NCBI RefSeq assembly: GCF_044704955.1
Contig: NC_091994.1
Coordinates: forward strand, 93,000,001 to 93,064,000
Origin: Pristiophorus japonicus
Lineage: Eukaryota
Direction of reading: 5' to 3'
Length of the DNA: 64,000 nucleotides
The notes below the pieces were generated by a model. It was given only the letters and a program-made list of their open reading frames with translations, was not told the DNA's origin and did no database searches. Position numbers and translations under genes: made by a program. The number at the start of each line of letters is the position of its first letter. Positions within the stretch are counted from its first letter, which is position 1. This document shows positions 62,401 through 64,000 of this stretch, one piece after another.

Positions 62401-63338
62401 CAGGGGACAGCGAGCTCCCGGACGGCCCAAAGGGGCAGCACTGGTCCTGGCCGAGCCTTTGGACACTCGCTTCCCTCACCCATTCATTGCTCACTGGTGC
62501 CCGCACTCAGCAGTGCCTCACGGTGAACGAGGGCCCCAAGGGCTCTGGGCCTGGGCTGCAGCCGCCTGTGTGCCTCTCCCCAACATGGGCTGACTTTCAA
62601 ACAGCCGGGCCACCATAACACATACCCCTCCCCCCCCCCCCCCTCACACACCCTCATACCCCCACCCGGGGCCCCTCACCCCCCCCCCCCCGCCAACCCG
62701 GGCCCCCTCACCACCGGCCCCAACCCCCACACAACCGGACCCCTCACCACCGCCCCCCCCCCCACCCGGGGCCCCCTCACAAACCCCCCATCCCCGGGCG
62801 CATCCCTCACACAGAGCACACACTCCCCTCCCCCCCTCACACACACTCCAACCCCCCTGCCCCCCCCCCCCCCAACCGACCTCCCCAGGACCACACACAC
62901 CCCAACCCGCTGAGGCCTCCCTTACACAAAGCACCACCCTCCCCTCGTCCCCGGGCGCACCCCTCACACTCATCCCTCTCCCGGCATACCAACGCCCTCT
63001 CACCCTACCCACATGCCCCCTTCACCCACCCTTACCCCCCAGGGCCTCCCTCAGAACCCCTCCTGGCTCCCAGTGCACCCTTCACCCCAGCAACCCCCCA
63101 CCCCCCCCACCCCTCGTGCCCCCACTTACACCCTCCAAGGATCAGCACCTACCCGGCCAAATGGCCCCGTGCTGGCACCAGAGCCGAATAGCCCGCTGAA
63201 GCGACTGGCAGCTCGGTTCTTCCAGCTGTCTGTGCCACCGCTGGGCAACGAGGAGCTGAGTGGGGAGATGGAATCCGGACATGGGATAGAGGAATCCCCC
63301 AGGAATTCCGTCATATTCTTCCTCCGCCTGCCTACTGC
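9564..63338 (-). CDS. PLEKHG5: PLEKHG5-like DH-PH Rho guanine nucleotide exchange factor, 14 coding exons in window, 5' end outside window
   Basis: Spliced translation gives [111 protein letters not shown], which matches PLEKHG5 as I recall it. All junctions are GT-AG and the frame is conserved. Could instead be the PLEKHG6 ohnolog (see findings). Confidence 0.88.
9640..9760 (+). mobile_element. Old CR1/CR1-tailed SINE 3' fragment
   Basis: GATGGGCCAAATGGCTTCCTTCTGTGCTG resembles the CR1 tails elsewhere in the window. Confidence 0.6.
10384..11430 (-). CDS. PLEKHG5: PLEKHG5-like large C-terminal exon M
   Basis: 1047 nt open; tttcttgcag / gtacgt; phase 2/2; contains [22 protein letters not shown] and [23 protein letters not shown]. 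Confidence 0.92.
11440..12000. repeat. (GA)n-rich repeat with two N blocks (11546-11675, 11814-11968)
   Basis: Direct observation. Confidence 0.9.
12195..13722. repeat. G-rich ~17-20-bp minisatellite (GGGCAGTAGGRTG(A)GGGG grading to GTCAGCGGGGTGAGGGG)
   Basis: About 1.5 kb of tandem G-run units. Confidence 0.93.
13881..14026 (-). CDS. PLEKHG5: PLEKHG5-like exon L ([10 protein letters not shown]...[15 protein letters not shown]...ESQH)
   Basis: 146 nt; acctag / gtaagt; phase 0/2. Confidence 0.87.
14376..14491 (-). CDS. PLEKHG5: PLEKHG5-like exon K ([23 protein letters not shown]...WIEAVFNAQ)
   Basis: 116 nt; ttcctag / gtaatg; phase 1/0; contains the PH C-terminal Trp helix. Confidence 0.92.
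14540..15106 (-). mobile_element. L2 LINE 3' fragment
   Basis: LHWL....NFKILIL..KSLHGL.PPYL motif; similar to 2080-2700. Confidence 0.88.
15157..15930 (+). mobile_element. Second L2/CR1-group LINE family, 3' fragment
   Basis: [35 protein letters not shown] motifs. Confidence 0.85.
16106..16238 (-). CDS. PLEKHG5: PLEKHG5-like exon J ([20 protein letters not shown]...ELRDP)
   Basis: 133 nt; gttacag / gtgagt; phase 0/1; PH motif FLFTD. Confidence 0.93.
16320..17360. repeat. Two-unit minisatellite (31-bp CCGAGAGACAGGACGCTGAGAAACCCAGAGA and 24-bp CCGGGACACCGAGAAACCCAGAGA)
   Basis: Interleaved tandem units filling most of the intron between exons I and J. Confidence 0.93.
17474..17593 (-). CDS. 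PLEKHG5: PLEKHG5-like exon I ([16 protein letters not shown]...RMKEGKDSK)
   Basis: 120 nt; cattag / gtgagc; PH domain start. Confidence 0.92.
17803..19780 (-). mobile_element. CR1 LINE with extended 3' UTR
   Basis: [33 protein letters not shown] motifs; (TTTCTATG) tail at 17803-17817. Confidence 0.92.
19786..19980 (+). mobile_element. tRNA-derived SINE-type head with Pol III A and B boxes
   Basis: A box TAGCACAGTGG at 19791-19801; B box GTTCAAATC at 19855-19863; resembles shark DeuSINE (SacSINE1-type) heads from memory. Confidence 0.7.
19981..21665 (+). mobile_element. L2/CR1-group LINE (APE endonuclease and RT remnants), internally deleted
   Basis: [52 protein letters not shown] motifs. 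Confidence 0.87.
21668..22290. mobile_element. GC/CpG-rich element fragment with one TIR-like end (AATTTCTGCCCC)
   Basis: Abrupt GC-rich block; the right end resembles the TIR at 8324-8337; no left TIR seen. Confidence 0.5.
22410..22530 (-). mobile_element. CR1 ORF1 C-terminal (SGNH esterase-like) fragment
   Basis: Translates [38 protein letters not shown]; DxLHL motif. Confidence 0.7.
22657..22794 (-). CDS. PLEKHG5: PLEKHG5-like exon H ([24 protein letters not shown]...DEVEK)
   Basis: 138 nt; ctccag / gtaaaa; DH C-terminal helix; not in the supplied ORF track. Confidence 0.92.
22910..23064. mobile_element. 155-bp hAT-like MITE
   Basis: TIRs CAATGTTCCCTGTAA / TTAACGGAAACGTTG (11/15 match); 8-bp flanks TACCGTGG / TACTGCGG (6/8 match). 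Confidence 0.7.
23107..48328. repeat. ~25.2-kb hexamer-based CpG-rich intronic satellite with higher-order structure
   Basis: Continuous concatenation of GTGACC, GAGAGC, GAGAGT, GGGAGC, AAGAGC, GCGACC, GAGACC; no interspersed TE seen. Confidence 0.97.
48341..48490 (-). CDS. PLEKHG5: PLEKHG5-like exon G ([31 protein letters not shown]...IVSM)
   Basis: 150 nt; tttgcag / gtaggt; DH CR3 motif PxQRxTKYPLLL. Confidence 0.94.
48650..50565 (-). mobile_element. L2/CR1-group LINE (same family as 15157 and 19981) with intact 3' tail
   Basis: [30 protein letters not shown] motifs; tail GGCAATTAGGGATGGGCAATAAATGCTGGCCTTGCCAGCGAC...AAATAAAAAA. Confidence 0.9.
50886..50996 (-). CDS. PLEKHG5: PLEKHG5-like exon F ([21 protein letters not shown]...IYLT)
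   Basis: 111 nt; cttcacag / gttagt. Confidence 0.92.
51673..51822 (-). CDS. PLEKHG5: PLEKHG5-like exon E ([17 protein letters not shown]...KGFKT)
   Basis: 150 nt; gtgcag (weak pyrimidine tract) / gtaagt. Confidence 0.9.
51890..54232. repeat. 24-bp minisatellite (CAGGGCCTGTGTACACACAACCAA) split by a CR1
   Basis: Units at 51890-52404 and 53997-54232. Confidence 0.92.
52405..53998 (+). mobile_element. CR1 LINE ORF2 3' part
   Basis: [32 protein letters not shown] motifs; TTCTATGATTCTATG tail. Confidence 0.93.
54368..54418 (-). CDS. PLEKHG5: PLEKHG5-like exon D ([17 protein letters not shown])
   Basis: 51 nt; ttcttgcag / gtgagg. Confidence 0.92.
54550..54852. repeat. ~42-bp minisatellite (CTTCAGGGGAGGAGGGTCCTGAACCCCAGTGAGAGTCAGCAC)
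   Basis: About 7 tandem copies. Confidence 0.9.
55143..55238 (-). CDS. PLEKHG5: PLEKHG5-like exon C, DH domain start ([32 protein letters not shown])
   Basis: 96 nt; ccaacag / gtgagt; DH CR1 motif ELLxTExxY. Confidence 0.93.
55288..55880. repeat. ~35-bp C-rich minisatellite (CCCAAACTCCCCCCCACCATAAATACCCCACACA)
   Basis: Tandem copies starting about 50 bp from the exon C acceptor. Confidence 0.92.
56045..56062 (-). promoter_or_regulatory. Candidate CTCF site
   Basis: Minus strand TGCCACCAGGGGGAGCG is close to the CTCF core consensus; motif evidence only. Confidence 0.4.
56989..58150 (+). mobile_element. Young 5'-truncated CR1 with ~290 uninterrupted RT codons
   Basis: ORF 56913-57872; same family as 1-1570; (TTTCTATG)n tail. 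Confidence 0.94.
58673..59405 (+). mobile_element. 5'-truncated CR1
   Basis: [24 protein letters not shown] motifs; TTCTTATGTTCTTAT tail; same family as 4477-5276. Confidence 0.93.
60802..60972 (-). CDS. PLEKHG5: PLEKHG5-like exon B ([21 protein letters not shown]...IIEAPE)
   Basis: 171 nt; ctctgcag / gtaaac; phase 0/0. Confidence 0.93.
61190..61875. repeat. ~60-bp tandem repeat (AACCCAGGGGTCACTGGGCAGTGATCAGGAGCAGGAACACTGGCTGATTTCCCCTCTCT)
   Basis: About 11 tandem copies. Confidence 0.92.
62625..63135. repeat. C-rich low-complexity tract downstream of the exon A donor
   Basis: Poly-C runs. Confidence 0.75.
63153..63338 (-). CDS. PLEKHG5: PLEKHG5-like exon A ([14 protein letters not shown]...GPFGR)
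   Basis: 186 nt; acceptor ttttccag, donor gtaggt; phase 0/0. Confidence 0.92.
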
Positions 63339-63814
63339 CTGGAAAAGACAAAACATGCAAAGTGAGCGAGTGAATGACAGTGAGTGTGTCCGACTGAGCA
63401 AGAAAGGGGAAGGGAGAGAGCGAGGGGGCGAGAGGCAGACAGAGAGAGGGGGAACAGGGGGATGAGACGCATGGGGTGCACAGTATAGACGCGTGGGGTT
63501 ACAGTAGGGTAGGGGACACGCAGGATGGCTCCATAAGGAAATGCTCGCCCAGACCTGGTATTGTAAGAGCCATAACTACACTGGCTACACTTCAAAGTAA
63601 TTAATTGCATGTGAAGCACTTGGTTTTGTTCTTAATAGAAGATCTGATTACACAAAAATTAGATAGAGATTCTTCCTGATCAGTACATCAGGGGCAGTCC
63701 AAAGTCCCTCCGCCCCCCTAGCCTGTACTGAGCGAGCTCACAGCAGCACCACTGTTGGTGCTACAATTGCCCTCAGTACCCTGGGTTAGGGAGGGGACAA
63801 TCAGCTAGGGATTC

Positions 63815-64000
63815 CACTCCTGCTCAGACCCCGCCCACCCAGTGTCACTCCTGCTCAGACCCCGCCTACTCAGTGTCACTCCTGCTCAGACCCCGCCCAC
63901 TCAGTGTCACTCCGGATCAGACCCCCGCTCACTCAGTGTCACTCCTTCTCAGACCCCGCCCACTCAGTGTCACTCCTGCTCAGACCCCGCCCACTCAGTG
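63815..64000. repeat. 31-bp minisatellite (CTCCTGCTCAGACCCCGCCCACTCAGTGTCA), runs off the window end
   Basis: About 6 tandem copies. Confidence 0.9.

Overview
Vertebrate genomic DNA, most likely a shark or ray judging by the retroelement content (inference). The minus strand carries the 3' 14 coding exons of a PLEKHG5-like DH-PH RhoGEF gene: 2625 nt, 874 aa plus stop. All introns are GT-AG, the phases are consistent, and the protein ends in a PDZ-binding -SEV. The 5' exons lie beyond 64000. The introns are filled with CR1, L2-clade and RTE LINE fragments, two TIR elements and many unrelated minisatellites. The dominant feature is a ~25.2-kb CpG-rich satellite built from hexamer words (GTGACC/GAGAGC/GAGAGT), with kb-scale higher-order duplications. 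It fills nearly the whole intron inside the DH domain and explains the giant 4-5 kaa 'ORFs', which I do not consider genes. I see no clear evidence of a new multi-gene system. The best leads are the satellite, a tRNA-headed LINE, and the PLEKHG5/PLEKHG6 orthology question.
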